From NCBI RefSeq assembly GCF_964204645.1, contig NC_134032.1:992001-1056000 (forward strand): 64,000 nucleotides of DNA, read 5' to 3'. This document shows positions 36,352 through 48,437 of this stretch, piece after piece (the stretch's first letter is position 1; each line of letters starts with the position of its first letter). Under the pieces are notes generated by a model. The model was not told where the DNA came from, made no database searches, and saw nothing but the letters and a program-made list of their open reading frames with translations. The translations under genes were made by a program, and so were the position numbers. This DNA comes from Tubulanus polymorphus (Eukaryota; Animalia; Nemertea).

Positions 36352-36942
36352 CATCTTCACCCGTCAAGGGATTCGAACCCACTACGCTAAAGCTGTTCCC
36401 CGAACCCCTTGACCTCACGAGTCGTTGGAGTCGTCACTGGCCGACCAGAATCCGGTCGTACCAATCACAGCGCTTGTATCAAACGACTTAGGCTTCTATT
36501 GGTTTCTCGTTGAATGGACCAATCAGCGAACGTTTTACCGAACAAGGAAGTATTTCGCAAATCGATATATGACGTCACGCGCAACAGCGCCAGTAATGAA
36601 ATCACGCTTCGTGAGGCCAGGGGGCTGGTTGAAGCGAGTTCGGGAGTGATACTGGACCCCTGGCAAGCGAGGATGGACCTCACGAGTCGTTGGAGTCGTC
36701 ACTGGCCGACCAGAATCCGGTCGTACCAATCACAGCGCTTGTAACAAACGACTTTAGGCTTCTATTGGTTTTCTCGTTGAATGGACCAATCAGCGAACGT
36801 TTTACTGAACAAGGAAGTATTTCGCAAATCGATATATGACGTCATGCGCAACTGCGCCAGTGATGAAATCACGCTTCGTGAGGTCAGGGGGCTGGTTGAA
36901 GCGAGTTCAGGAGTGATACAAGACCTCTGGCAAGCGAGGATG
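36352..36942. mobile_element. 9-bp-TSD (Mutator-type) non-autonomous element with internal ~266-bp duplication
   Basis: TSD GGAAATACA/GGAAATGCA; imperfect TIR CATC(T/C)TC; unduplicated copy at 59886-60211. Confidence 0.75.
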
Positions 36943-38675
36943 GGAAATGCATAAATGTAGCAATTCTCGTTCGTTCGTTCGTTCGTTCGTTCGTCCGTCC
37001 ATTCGTTCGTTCGCTCATTTGGAAAGTTTTGAATTTTTTAGATATTTGCCGTGTTTATCTTTTCACCCTCTGCCGGCTCTATAATGGCGAGACTATGAGT
37101 GTTTTAGTGGACAGCAGTCGGTCCTTCGTTTGAGGATGGATAGGTGTTGTATGTTTGTGCGTTTTCGTCCACGTTTCAACTTTGTCGTTCGCCTCCCCAT
37201 TCGTTCCCATTGTTTGATTTTGTAACATTTCTTCCGCGTTGTTTTCCGCCAGCATGTAATCGTTTCTTGAAGAATATATGCGCAGAAGTACCTACATTTT
37301 AGAAAAGAGTTGGAAAGGGGTTGCGGGTCTGTTGAACCCCCAGTCGAATCAGTAATTGACACATCAAATGGACTGGTTACTAGATACGGGTTGAGACATG
37401 GATAACAGCGCCATCTTACATTTCTTTCTTTACAATGAAATGAATACAACACTTTTATACCGTTCACACTTTGCAGTAGTCCCCGAGGCAGCGTAATACT
37501 GGCCCCTTAGAAAACAAAACGGAAACGGGTAAATGAAACGAAAACAATCTAGATTCAACACTTTACAACATGAATGAATTAGAAAAGGGAGTTCTTGTCC
37601 CCCCTATCCGCCAGGACACATCACATTCCACATTTCAACCGCCAATTTCGAATACTTCTGTATCTGTGTTGAAGAGTTGTGCCGACTGTTTTCGTGCCGC
37701 TCAAAAACCAACGGACGAAAAACCATTCATCAAATCCAAACCCGCGCAATCTTAACAACTATCGCGGGAAAATAACCGGACGTCGTATTCCGTTCGGATT
37801 TGACCGTAGTGCGACGCGAGAGAAAGCGAGGCTACCAGCGAGAGAAATCCTGTCACGCGACAACCACCGGAAGTGTTAACGGGTGATATCGATGCCGTTA
37901 ATTAACGCCGGTTACAATATTGTGACGCGGTGTGGGGAGGGAGGAAACCATTTCCATAACTCACTCGTAAAAACCTGTAATTCCATATCCGGCTGGGGGG
38001 CTATTCACACCCAACCACGTGACGTCCGATATTCTGCGATGATCCGCCGAAAAATCATTACTTTTTCTCTTGAATTCTCTCGAAACGATTTTAAACACTC
38101 GCGCCGAGGACTGCGGCACACTAGTCATCAGACTTCCGTCGCTGGACACTCGTCACTGGACTAGTCATCAGTCTATCTTGGTTATAACAGCTGTTTACAC
38201 TATAAGAGGTAAGCTGAAATTTGAATCACGAAATTGTGGAAGATGCGCTTTTTAGAATATCGGCTCCTAATCTACGGTATTAATTCTTTCCCTAGAAATA
38301 TCGGGGAAACTCATATATTCAAACTTCATAGTTCATTGTGGTATTTTGTAAGATAAATTATTATATTAAACTATGTTCTATGAAGATAAAATCAATCAAT
38401 CAAACTCTCTTAAACGTTGTCTAAAATCCACATGAACATATGAAGTGTATTTTTGTCTTTCCCTATTTATCTAACATCCCGATGTTATACCGAATCTAAT
38501 TCGAGCTTTTATATATTTTTGACTAATTACGGCACCGCTGACAGAATCTGTCTCGCGGATAGTTTCGGGTTCTCGTCGAAGATTTTCACGTCATGTTTTT
38601 CTATGATATTTCTAGGATTTTGTAACGCGTGTCATTAACCCTTGTAACGATTGATACGTTACTATACACGACGAT

Positions 38676-39674
38676 ATGAATACAACGGATTCGTCCAGTG
38701 AGTCGGATGCCTGTACACGATTACTCGAACCTTTAAGAGAAGCGGGCGACATTACTCGAGTTATGCGATGGTATTTAGCGTTCGTTTTCCCCGCTGTCGG
38801 CTTCGTGAATTTCGCTATCGTATTTCTGGGCACGTTCAAACGCTCGACGTCTAGTACCGGACATTTTTACATGTTGGTGCTCGGTGTGGCCGATCTCTAC
38901 GCGACCGTATCGATCGAGACCCAATATCTGATGAACTACTACATATACCCGTTCAACGATGTCGAATGCATTTTGAAACAGTTCCACAAGATCGCACCCA
39001 GTCAGATCGCTATATGGTTTCTGGTACTGATGACTATAGATCGCGCTATAGCTGTGTCTAAACCCCTACAAGCAGTGTCTATTTGTACGATTAAACGCGC
39101 CCGGAGAATGTTATTCGTCGCTGCGGTTTTATTGACGGCCCAGAATCTCGCCTGGTGTTCGCAGTTTAAGCCGATTACCTATGTAATCTGGACAAACTGT
39201 CAAGTAGTAAACAAAGATGTACTTTTCGCTTATTATGCAACGACCAATACTATATCTCTGTATATACCGTTTATCATCATCTCGGCAGCTAATTGGGTAA
39301 TCATTTCATCAGTTCGAAAATCAGCTAAACTGCCCGTCGCCCAGGAGACCGCATCCACCAAAAAACAAGGAGCTTCGACTAAGATCACAACTTTAGTCGT
39401 CACAACGGCGTTAGCGTTTTTGTTTTTCACGTTGCCGATGTGTTTGTTGGATACGTTAGTGCTGGAGAAAGGCTCGTTGGAGGAAACCAGTGTTTATTAT
39501 TTCAATAATTGTAGCGGGTCGATCGCGTACGCTTGGTTCGTCATTTACGGTCACGTGGGCGCAACTCTCCTATACAAGGCGAATCACGTGTTGAATGGTT
39601 TTATATATCTGGCCAGTAGCGCGCAGTATAGAAAAGATGTCCGAAACAATATCTGTAACACGCCGAAACAATAA
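38676..39674 (+). CDS. Intronless rhodopsin-class GPCR (peptide-receptor/chemoreceptor-like), copy 1
   Basis: 332 aa, 7 hydrophobic segments, LGVADL, MTIDRAIAVSKPL, TLP, NGFIY...YR; acceptor TTTCTAG at ~38615. Confidence 0.92.
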   Translation: MNTTDSSSESDACTRLLEPLREAGDITRVMRWYLAFVFPAVGFVNFAIVFLGTFKRSTSSTGHFYMLVLGVADLYATVSIETQYLMNYYIYPFNDVECILKQFHKIAPSQIAIWFLVLMTIDRAIAVSKPLQAVSICTIKRARRMLFVAAVLLTAQNLAWCSQFKPITYVIWTNCQVVNKDVLFAYYATTNTISLYIPFIIISAANWVIISSVRKSAKLPVAQETASTKKQGASTKITTLVVTTALAFLFFTLPMCLLDTLVLEKGSLEETSVYYFNNCSGSIAYAWFVIYGHVGATLLYKANHVLNGFIYLASSAQYRKDVRNNICNTPKQ

Positions 39675-41246
39675 TCAACTCGTCGCATTCGACTGTAATT
39701 TTAGTCGTTGGAGGGCGCTGTTAGTCGGGTCAGTCGGGCGTAAATAAAGCGCCCCCTATAGGCGAGTTCTTTAGACAAATAAATCAATTTTAATCTTCAT
39801 CCGATAAATGATTCTTAATTATTTGTAATTTTTCTACTCATTGAAGTCAACATTCAGTAAAACGTTTCCCTATGGTGGTATAATGATAGGGGCCCCTGGG
39901 GGCACGTAGCCGAGTCGAGGATCTTTCTTATAAACCCATTAACCCCGGTAGATGAATAGAGACACTGTTACTTTATAACCATCGCACGGATGATACAAAC
40001 TTCAAAATCCGCCACTGGCATGTAGGGGTTCGCGTGTTTGATATCTGTTATGTTTAAAGCATAGCGGTTTTATTGCTGCTCTATGGTTGGGTAACGATTC
40101 GGGTTGGGCTTAGGACAATTTGAATTTTGCGTTTTTGCTTTAGACACAAGTTCAAGTGACGCACGATTTCCTTAAAAGTTAATTGTTCGCAGAGGTCACT
40201 CCTGATTCTTTCTATGGCACAATTACATTGTTTTTCACAGCTCAATACAAGTCGTTTCTAAATTCTTAACGGGGGTTGCTTCATGTGGTCATTTCCATAT
40301 ATTCCGAAAAAATCATGTTTTTCAGTCGACAATTTGCACATTTGAAAACTACTTTCGGCTGAAAGTTGTTGCTGTTGTAGTTAGCGTCATGCTTGTCCAT
40401 TCATTCATCCTTTGAAGAGTCCTTCGAGCTGGACCAAAATCCACAGCAACTGAACGAATGCTTTACTTCTCGTCGATAGCCTAATAATCCAAAACAGTCG
40501 AAGGGAGAGTTGGGACACCATGCGGGGAGGTTGGGCAATGGACCATCTAGTCCACCCTTGAGTTTGCCAACACTCACAAAACCCGTCGCTTTTATCAATT
40601 CCAAAAATGTCTCACATTCTTTCACCAGAAGCATTTCAAAAAGGCTTTGATGAAAAAGACGACTTTTACATCATTCTTACTAGAACAAGTGGCGATATTT
40701 TACAATTTTCCATTTTGGGAATTTGAACTCAGTTTTTACTTTCTTCTGGACCTTATACTATCTTATCTCAACTCTCTTCGTGGCCAAACTCTCCCAAGCC
40801 TCCTCTATGCCGAACTTAGTTCAACATATTATTTTAGTGAAATAAAGGTCAGATTCTAAATCCATAAATCCAGTCTCACATTTACGTAACCAGTAATATA
40901 ATCACTACATATGATTTGATATAAAATAATATGACAAAGATATAGATAATATTTTTTCGCCACATTGTGTGACAAATTGACTCTAACTCGCCACGGACGG
41001 CAGTGGTTGGTTACGGCTGAATTAGATAATCATCACAGGACAGAAGCTTAAGAAAGCTAGAGCGGCAACATCCCTCGGGGAAGATGCGTCTATCTGCATA
41101 ATCTCGCTAACATTTGCGGCAATATTTGAGATCGTTGAAGATGAACGGGACAGCCGGTCCCATTGGACGACCGTACAGTTCTTACACGGTTTTAGGATTT
41201 TGTAACGCGTGTCGTTAACCCTTGTAACAATGTTCTACACGACGAT

Positions 41247-42245
41247 ATGAATACAACGGATTTGTCCAGTAGGTCGGATGCCTGTACACAATTACTCGAA
41301 CCTTTAAGAGAAGCGGGCGACATTACTCGAGTTATGCGATGGTGTTCAGCGTTCGTTTTCCCCGCTGTCGGCTTCGTTTATTTCGCTATCGTATTTCTGG
41401 GCACGTTCAAACGCTCGACGTCTAGTACCGGACATTTTTACATGTTGGTGCTCGGTGTGGCCGATCTCTACGCGACCGTATCGATCGAGACCCAATATCT
41501 GATGAACTACTACATATACCCTTTCAACGATGTCGAATGCATTTTGAAACAGTTCCACAAGATCGCGCCCAGTCAGATCGCTATATGGTTTCTGGTACTG
41601 ATGACTATAGATCGCGCTATAGCTGTGTCTAAACCCCTGCAAGCAGTGTCTATTTGTACGATTAAACGCGCCCGGAGAATGTTATTCGTCGCTGCGGTTT
41701 TATTGACGGCCCAGAATCTAGCCTGGTGTTCGCAGTTTAAGCCGATTACCTATGTAATCTGGACAAACTGTCAAGTAGTAAACAAAGATGTACTTTTCGC
41801 TTATTATGCGACTACCAATACTATATCTCTGTATATACCGTTTATCATCATCTCGGCAGCTAATTGGGTAATCATTTCATCAGTTCGAAAATCAGCTAAA
41901 CTGCCCGTCGCCCAGGAGACCGCATCCACCAAAAAACAAGGAGCTTCGACTAAGATCACAACTTTAGTCGTCACAACGGCGTTAGCGTTTTTGTTTTTCA
42001 CGTTGCCGATGTGTTTGTTGGATACGTTAGTGCTGGAGAAAGGCTCGTTGGAGGAAACCAGTGTTTATTATTTCAATAATTGTAGCGGGTCGATCGCGTA
42101 CGCTTGGTTCGTCATTTACGGTCACGTGGGCGCAACTCTCCTATACAAGGCGAATCACGTGTTGAATGGTTTCATATATCTGGCCAGTAGCGCGCAGTAT
42201 AGAAAAGATGTCCGAAACAATATCTGTAACACGCCGAAACAATAA
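41247..42245 (+). CDS. GPCR copy 2
   Basis: Nearly identical 332-aa ORF; unit period 2571 bp. Confidence 0.9.
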   Translation: MNTTDLSSRSDACTQLLEPLREAGDITRVMRWCSAFVFPAVGFVYFAIVFLGTFKRSTSSTGHFYMLVLGVADLYATVSIETQYLMNYYIYPFNDVECILKQFHKIAPSQIAIWFLVLMTIDRAIAVSKPLQAVSICTIKRARRMLFVAAVLLTAQNLAWCSQFKPITYVIWTNCQVVNKDVLFAYYATTNTISLYIPFIIISAANWVIISSVRKSAKLPVAQETASTKKQGASTKITTLVVTTALAFLFFTLPMCLLDTLVLEKGSLEETSVYYFNNCSGSIAYAWFVIYGHVGATLLYKANHVLNGFIYLASSAQYRKDVRNNICNTPKQ

Positions 42246-43821
42246 TCAACTCGTCGCATTCGACTGTAATTTTAGTCGTTAGAGGGCGCTGTTAGTCGGG
42301 TCAGTCGGGCGTAAATAAAGCGCCCCCTATAGGCGAGTTCTTTAGACAAATAAATCAATTTTAATCTTCATCCGATAAATGATTCTTAATTATTTGTAAT
42401 TTTTCTACTCATTGAAGTCAACATTCTGTAAAACGTTTTCCTATGGTGGTATAATGATAGGGGCCCCTGGGGGCACGTAGCCGAGTCGAGGATCTTTCTT
42501 ATAAACCCATTAACCCCGGTAGATGAATAGAGACACTGTTACTTTATAACCATCGCACGGATGATACAAACTTCAAAATCCGCCACTGGCATGTAGGGGC
42601 TCGCGTGTTTGATATCTGTTATGTTTAAAGCATAGCGGTTTAATTGCTGTTCTATGGTTGGGTAACGATTCGGGTTGGGCTTAGGACAATTTGAATTTTG
42701 CGTTTTTGCTTTAGACACAAGTTCAAGTGACGCACGATTTCCTTAAAAGTTAATTGTTCGCAGAGGTCACTCCTGATTCTTTCTATGGCACAATTACATT
42801 GTTTTTCAAAGCTCAATACAAGTCGTTTCTAAATTCTTAACGGGGGTTGCTTCATGTGGTCATTTCCATATATTCCGAAAAAATCATGTTTTTCAGTCGA
42901 CAATTTGCACATTTGAAAACTACTTTCGGCTGAAAGTTGTTGCTGTTGTAGTTAGCGTCATGCTTGTCCATTCATTCATCCTTTGAAGAGTCCTTCGAGC
43001 TGGACCAAAATCCACAGCAACTGAACGAATGCTTTACTTCTCGTCGATAGCCTAATAATCCAAAACAGTCGAAGGGAGAGTTGGGACACCATGCGGGGAG
43101 GTTGGGCAATGGACCATCTAGTCCACCCTTGAGTTTGCCAACACTCACAAAACCCGTCGCTTTTATCAATTCCAAAAATGTCTCACATTCTTTCACCAGA
43201 AGCATTTCAAAAAGGCTTTGATGAAAAAGACGACTTTTACATCATTCTTACTAGAACAAGTGGCGATATTTTACAATTTTCCATTTTGGGAATTTGAACT
43301 CAGTTTTTACTTTCTTCTGGATGGACCTTATACTATCTTATCTCAACTCTCTTCGTGGCCAAACTCTCCCAAGCCTCCTCTATGCCGAACTTAGTTCAAC
43401 ATATTATTTTAGTGAAATAAAGGTCAGATTCTAAATCCATAAATCCAGTTTCACATTTACGTAACCAGTAATATAATCACTACATATGATTTGATATAAA
43501 ATAATATGACAAAGATATAGATAATATTTTTTCGCCACATTGTGTGACAAATTGACTCTAACTCGCCACGGACGGCAGTGGTTGGTTACGGCTGAATTAG
43601 ATAATCATTACAGGACAGAAGCTTAAGAAAGCTAGAGCGGCAACATCCCTCGGGGAAGATGCGTCTATCTGCATAATCGCGGTAACATTTGCGGCAATAT
43701 TCGAGATCGTTGAAGATGAACGGGACAGCCGGTCCCATTGGACGACCGTACAGTTCTTACACGGTTTTAGGATTTTGTAACGCGTGTCGTCAACCCTTGT
43801 AACAATGTTCTACACGACGAT

Positions 43822-44820
43822 ATGAATACAACGGATTCGTCCAGTGAGTCGGATGCCTGTACACAATTACTCGAACCTTTAAGAGAAGCGGGCGACATTA
43901 CTCGAGTTATGCGATGGTGTTCAGCGTTCGTTTTCCCCGCTGTCGGCTTCGTTTATTTCGCTATCGTATTTCTGGGCACGTTCAAACGCTCGACGTCTAG
44001 TACCGGACATTTTTACATGTTGGTGCTCGGTGTGGCCGATCTCTACGCGACCGTATCGATCGAGACCCAATATCTGATGAACTACTACATATACCCTTTC
44101 AACGATGTCGAATGCATTCTGAAACAGTTCCACAAGATCGCGCCCAGTCAGATCGCTATATGGTTTCTGGTACTGATGACTATAGATCGCGCTATAGCTG
44201 TGTCTAAACCCCTACAAGCGGTGTCTATTTGTACGATTAAACGCGCCCGGAGAATGTTATTCGTCGCTGCGGTTTTATTGACGACCCAGAATCTAGCCTG
44301 GTGTTCGCAGTTTAAGCCGATTACCTATGTAATCTGGACAAACTGTCAAGTAGTAAACAAAGATGTACTTTTCGCTTATTATGCGACTACCAATACTATA
44401 TCTCTGTATATACCGTTTATCATCATCTCGGCAGCTAATTGGGTAATCATTTCATCAGTTCGAAAATCAGCTAAACTGCCCGTCGCCCAGGAGACCGCAT
44501 CCACCAAAAAACAAGGAGCTTCGACTAAGATCACAACTTTAGTCGTCACAACGGCGTTAGCGTTTTTGTTTTTCACGTTGCCGATGTGTTTGTTGGATAC
44601 GTTAGTTCTGGAGAAAGGCTCGTTGGAGGAAACCAGTGTTTATTATTTCAATAATTGTAGCGGGTCGATCGCGTACGCTTGGTTCGTCATTTACGGTCAC
44701 GTGGGCGCAACTCTCCTATACAAGGCGAATCACGTGTTGAATGGTTTCATATATCTGGCCAGTAGCGCGCAGTATAGAAAAGATGTCCGAAACAATATCT
44801 GTAACACGTCGAAACAATAA
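43822..44820 (+). CDS. GPCR copy 3
   Basis: Nearly identical 332-aa ORF; period 2575 bp; more diverged 3' flank. Confidence 0.9.
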   Translation: MNTTDSSSESDACTQLLEPLREAGDITRVMRWCSAFVFPAVGFVYFAIVFLGTFKRSTSSTGHFYMLVLGVADLYATVSIETQYLMNYYIYPFNDVECILKQFHKIAPSQIAIWFLVLMTIDRAIAVSKPLQAVSICTIKRARRMLFVAAVLLTTQNLAWCSQFKPITYVIWTNCQVVNKDVLFAYYATTNTISLYIPFIIISAANWVIISSVRKSAKLPVAQETASTKKQGASTKITTLVVTTALAFLFFTLPMCLLDTLVLEKGSLEETSVYYFNNCSGSIAYAWFVIYGHVGATLLYKANHVLNGFIYLASSAQYRKDVRNNICNTSKQ

Positions 44821-45887
44821 TCAACTCACCGTCGACTCTATGTAATTTTAGTCGTTAGAGGGCGCTGTTAGTCGCGTCAACCGGGTGTAAATGAAGCGCC
44901 CCCTATAGGCTGTAACTCCGGGCGAGTTCTATAGAGAAATAAATCAATTTTAATCATCATCCGATAAATGATTCTTAATTATTTGTAATTTTTCTACTCA
45001 TTGAAGTCAACATTCTGTAAAACGTTTCCCTATGGTGGTATAATGACAGGGACCCCTGGGGGCACGTAGCCGAGTCGAGGATCATTCATATAAACCCATT
45101 AATCCTGTGGATATTTTAATGAATAGAGCCACTGTTACTTACCACCGCACGGACGATACAAACTTCAAAATTCGAAACTGGCATGTAGGGGGTTCGCGTT
45201 TTGAGTTCTGTTATGTTAAAGCATATCGGTTTATTTGCTGCTCTATGGTTGGGTAACGATTCGGGTTGGGCTTGGGACAATTTGAATTTTTGTGTTTTTG
45301 GAGTAGTGCTTGGTTAGTCCCGAATCATACGTACATTATTACGAAATACTCGGAGTCACCCGTTTCTAGATCCATTCGTCTCTAGTTCAAGGTCGTTGAG
45401 CGAAACGCAATGTGAACCCGGAATTTCATTTTAATTCGACTCCTATTCATCAATTATAGCATGGTTCCTGGATGTTTGTAAGTTTTTCGAGGCGCTATTG
45501 CATCCACTTTCGTACTAGTAACGCAATTACAGTTAACTTATGACATGTCATAGATAGATGAATGAAATCTAAGTGACTAAATGAACGTGTGTTTCCATCC
45601 CGTAACTAAACAACCGCGTGACGTCAGCTGCCACCTCACCATTATTGTGTACTGGTCGCAGCCGCTGATGGCGCAGCAATACATCTGGTTAATGGTATCC
45701 ATTTGGAATGAAATTTCGCCGTGTGGAAGTCACCATTAGCCTCTATCATGACGGTGAAAATATCTCGGCAGGAAAATAACTATATGAATATTGGGCCGCT
45801 AGTGTCAGTAGTGATCTGTTGGTCGTGACATCAGATAGGATGATTTTATCATATCTGAGTTGTGTACGATGGGTTATCCTTATTACC

Positions 45888-46282
45888 GAGATGACGTAAT
45901 TTACCGAGATCAACCGAGATGACATGAAATATAACAAATTTATATATTCCTTATCGATTTTAACACTTGAAATCATTTTATATCAGAAATAAATATCTTC
46001 TAGAGTCATATTTTTCCGGATATTTTGTGAAAAAATTTTGACTTCAAATACGCAATCTCGGTAAGCAACAAAATTTCATTGAATTTGATTGATCGACGAT
46101 CTCATCTGGGTAAAGTTAAAAGTTATTTTTCTACAAAAATATCCGACGAAATATGTAAAATATGACGCCAGCAGGCATTTATTACCGATATAATATGATT
46201 TCAAGTGTTAAAATCGATAAGGAATAAATAAATAATGTTATATTACGTTTCATCTCGGTTGATCTCGGTAAAATACGTCATC
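45888..46282. mobile_element. Element with ~100-bp terminal inverted repeats
   Basis: GATGACGTAATTTACCGAGATCAACCGAGATG...CACTTGAAATCAT mirrored at 46190-46282. Confidence 0.75.
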
Positions 46283-47419
46283 TTGCACTGACCCCTCCCC
46301 CAATGCATACATAATAAAAATGTATGACCCTTATGTCTTATTTCATCCCATTTTGACGTATTTCTGGCCAGGCTTTATCGAAGTACAGTCTACCTCGGAT
46401 GTAACGTAGCAGTCGGGACCAGATAATTTATACGTTATAACCGAAATATGGTATATGTATGTTATATCCGAATGTCATCTAAAACCAAGGGATATATCCA
46501 CGCATGTCTGTGTGCGTATGAAAATACTTCAATGTGTCGAATAATCAGTTTAGGCTAAAAAAAATTGATACCTTGTTTCTCCGCTCTGCTGAGCTTAAAT
46601 GTTGACCCGGCCGGCCGCCTATCTACCCTACACATTACTTTTTTTAAAAATCGTGATCAATTTCACCATAACAGACCCGGCCGCTATAGAAATGAACTGT
46701 TTACAAATTTTATCATATTTTACAAAAATGACCCGGCCGCTGCGGAGAAACAAGGTATCATTTTTGTTTAGCCTTAGTTGAAGTTTATTTTTTTGCTCCA
46801 CGAAATTTTACGAGTTTGCACAGAGCGCGGTTGTATTGCAAAATGTATATTCAGAGAGGAAATAAGTGGCTTAAAATTCCATTCAAGTTTCATGTTGATG
46901 TTTGCGAATGCGATCCACTTATCATGGATCTAAAATCTAATTTCTTTTTTGTTTACTCTGTTTTCAAGGAGCATTAGCCTCGCTTTTGTGTTAATGTTCT
47001 ACGAAAAAATGAGATACTAAGATAGACTAAAAGTATACTAGAAATAGCCGTTAAATAAACTACCGTTTTTTCATCGGGCTACAAATTACTGTTAGTGTAT
47101 TGTGTAGAGCTATGATAATATGCCTTTATGAAAGTGTTGTCATGCAAGCTATCAATAATTCAGACATGACACGTGTGCGCTGGTACAGAAATCGGGCTTT
47201 GCGCTGTATTTAAACATTCGTTTTTAACTGTTACATTTTTTTCTTATTTTTTAGTTTTTGCAATACGTTATATCCGAGGACGATTACGTTGCTTTGACTA
47301 ATTGGGACCAAATAGTTGATACGATATAAGTGATCTACGTTATGAAAAATATTCGAGGTTTTTTTTTTAAGGCCTAATAGAAGGAAAAATTACGATAAAA
47401 GTGAATCTACGGTAAATCC

Positions 47420-47875
47420 AACGACGATGTTACATCCGAGTCGCCGTCATCGAAATGGCACACGGTAGTGTAACAGGCCATTTCTACACCTCGCTCAGCA
47501 TGGACTGATTTCGGACAGGGCTCCCAAACATTTCCGTTGAAACGCTCATTCGCGTTGTGGGTCATTCCATGCGTACACTTTGCTAACAAATTCGGACTGG
47601 TTAAATTACTCTAAATTGGAAGCAATAGTTCGACAATAGCATCAGTCCGTTTCTGTTTTTATACCCAGTTGGATCGTGATTGTATTTACACCAGGAATCT
47701 GACCCAACTGGGCAATACCGGTGCTGCGGTTTTTCATCGGCCTTCACTGCTCTTTGCATTTCATTTATTGACGAATAGTTCTCTCATGAGTGCTAACCCA
47801 TAATAGTTTTGCAAAAGGTCAATTTTTGCATCTGTTAATCGACCTTTTCCTGATAAGGGTTTTCCATGGCTGAGT
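47420..47875 (-). pseudogene. Degraded DNA transposase fragment (Kolobok / 'Mutator-like' type)
   Basis: GKPLSGKGRLTDAKIDLLQNYYG, QHRYCPVGSDSWCKY, LAKCTHGMTHNANERFNGNVW..CPK across shifted frames. Confidence 0.7.
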
Positions 47876-48143
47876 TTTTTCCCCGCCATGACAGTACGCT
47901 ATTGCACTGACCCCGATTCAATGCGTACGTATGAATAAACCCTATTGTCTTATTTTATCCCTTAGGCGTCGTATTTTAGGCCAGTCTTTATGGAAGTATG
48001 TAACAGCCCTCTGAAGGTTTACATCATGCAACAGCCTATAGTTCATTAGTCGGTACTAATGTTCATCTGATAGGATGGTTCTATCTGAGTAGTGCACAAC
48101 TGATCCCGCGTATTGCCCACTCTTCTACGCAAAATCGGCCATT

Positions 48144-48265
<122 letters not shown>

Positions 48266-48437
48266 CATTACAGTACGGAATTGCACTGACCCGTGGTCAC
48301 CCTCCTGCGTACGCATTGCACTGATTCCTCCCCTATTGCGTGTGCAATAGCACTGACCCGTGGTCACCCCTGCCCAAATGGCGATTCAATGCGTAAAGGT
48401 GTGGCATTTTAAAACTTTTATCTCCTTTTCATATGCT

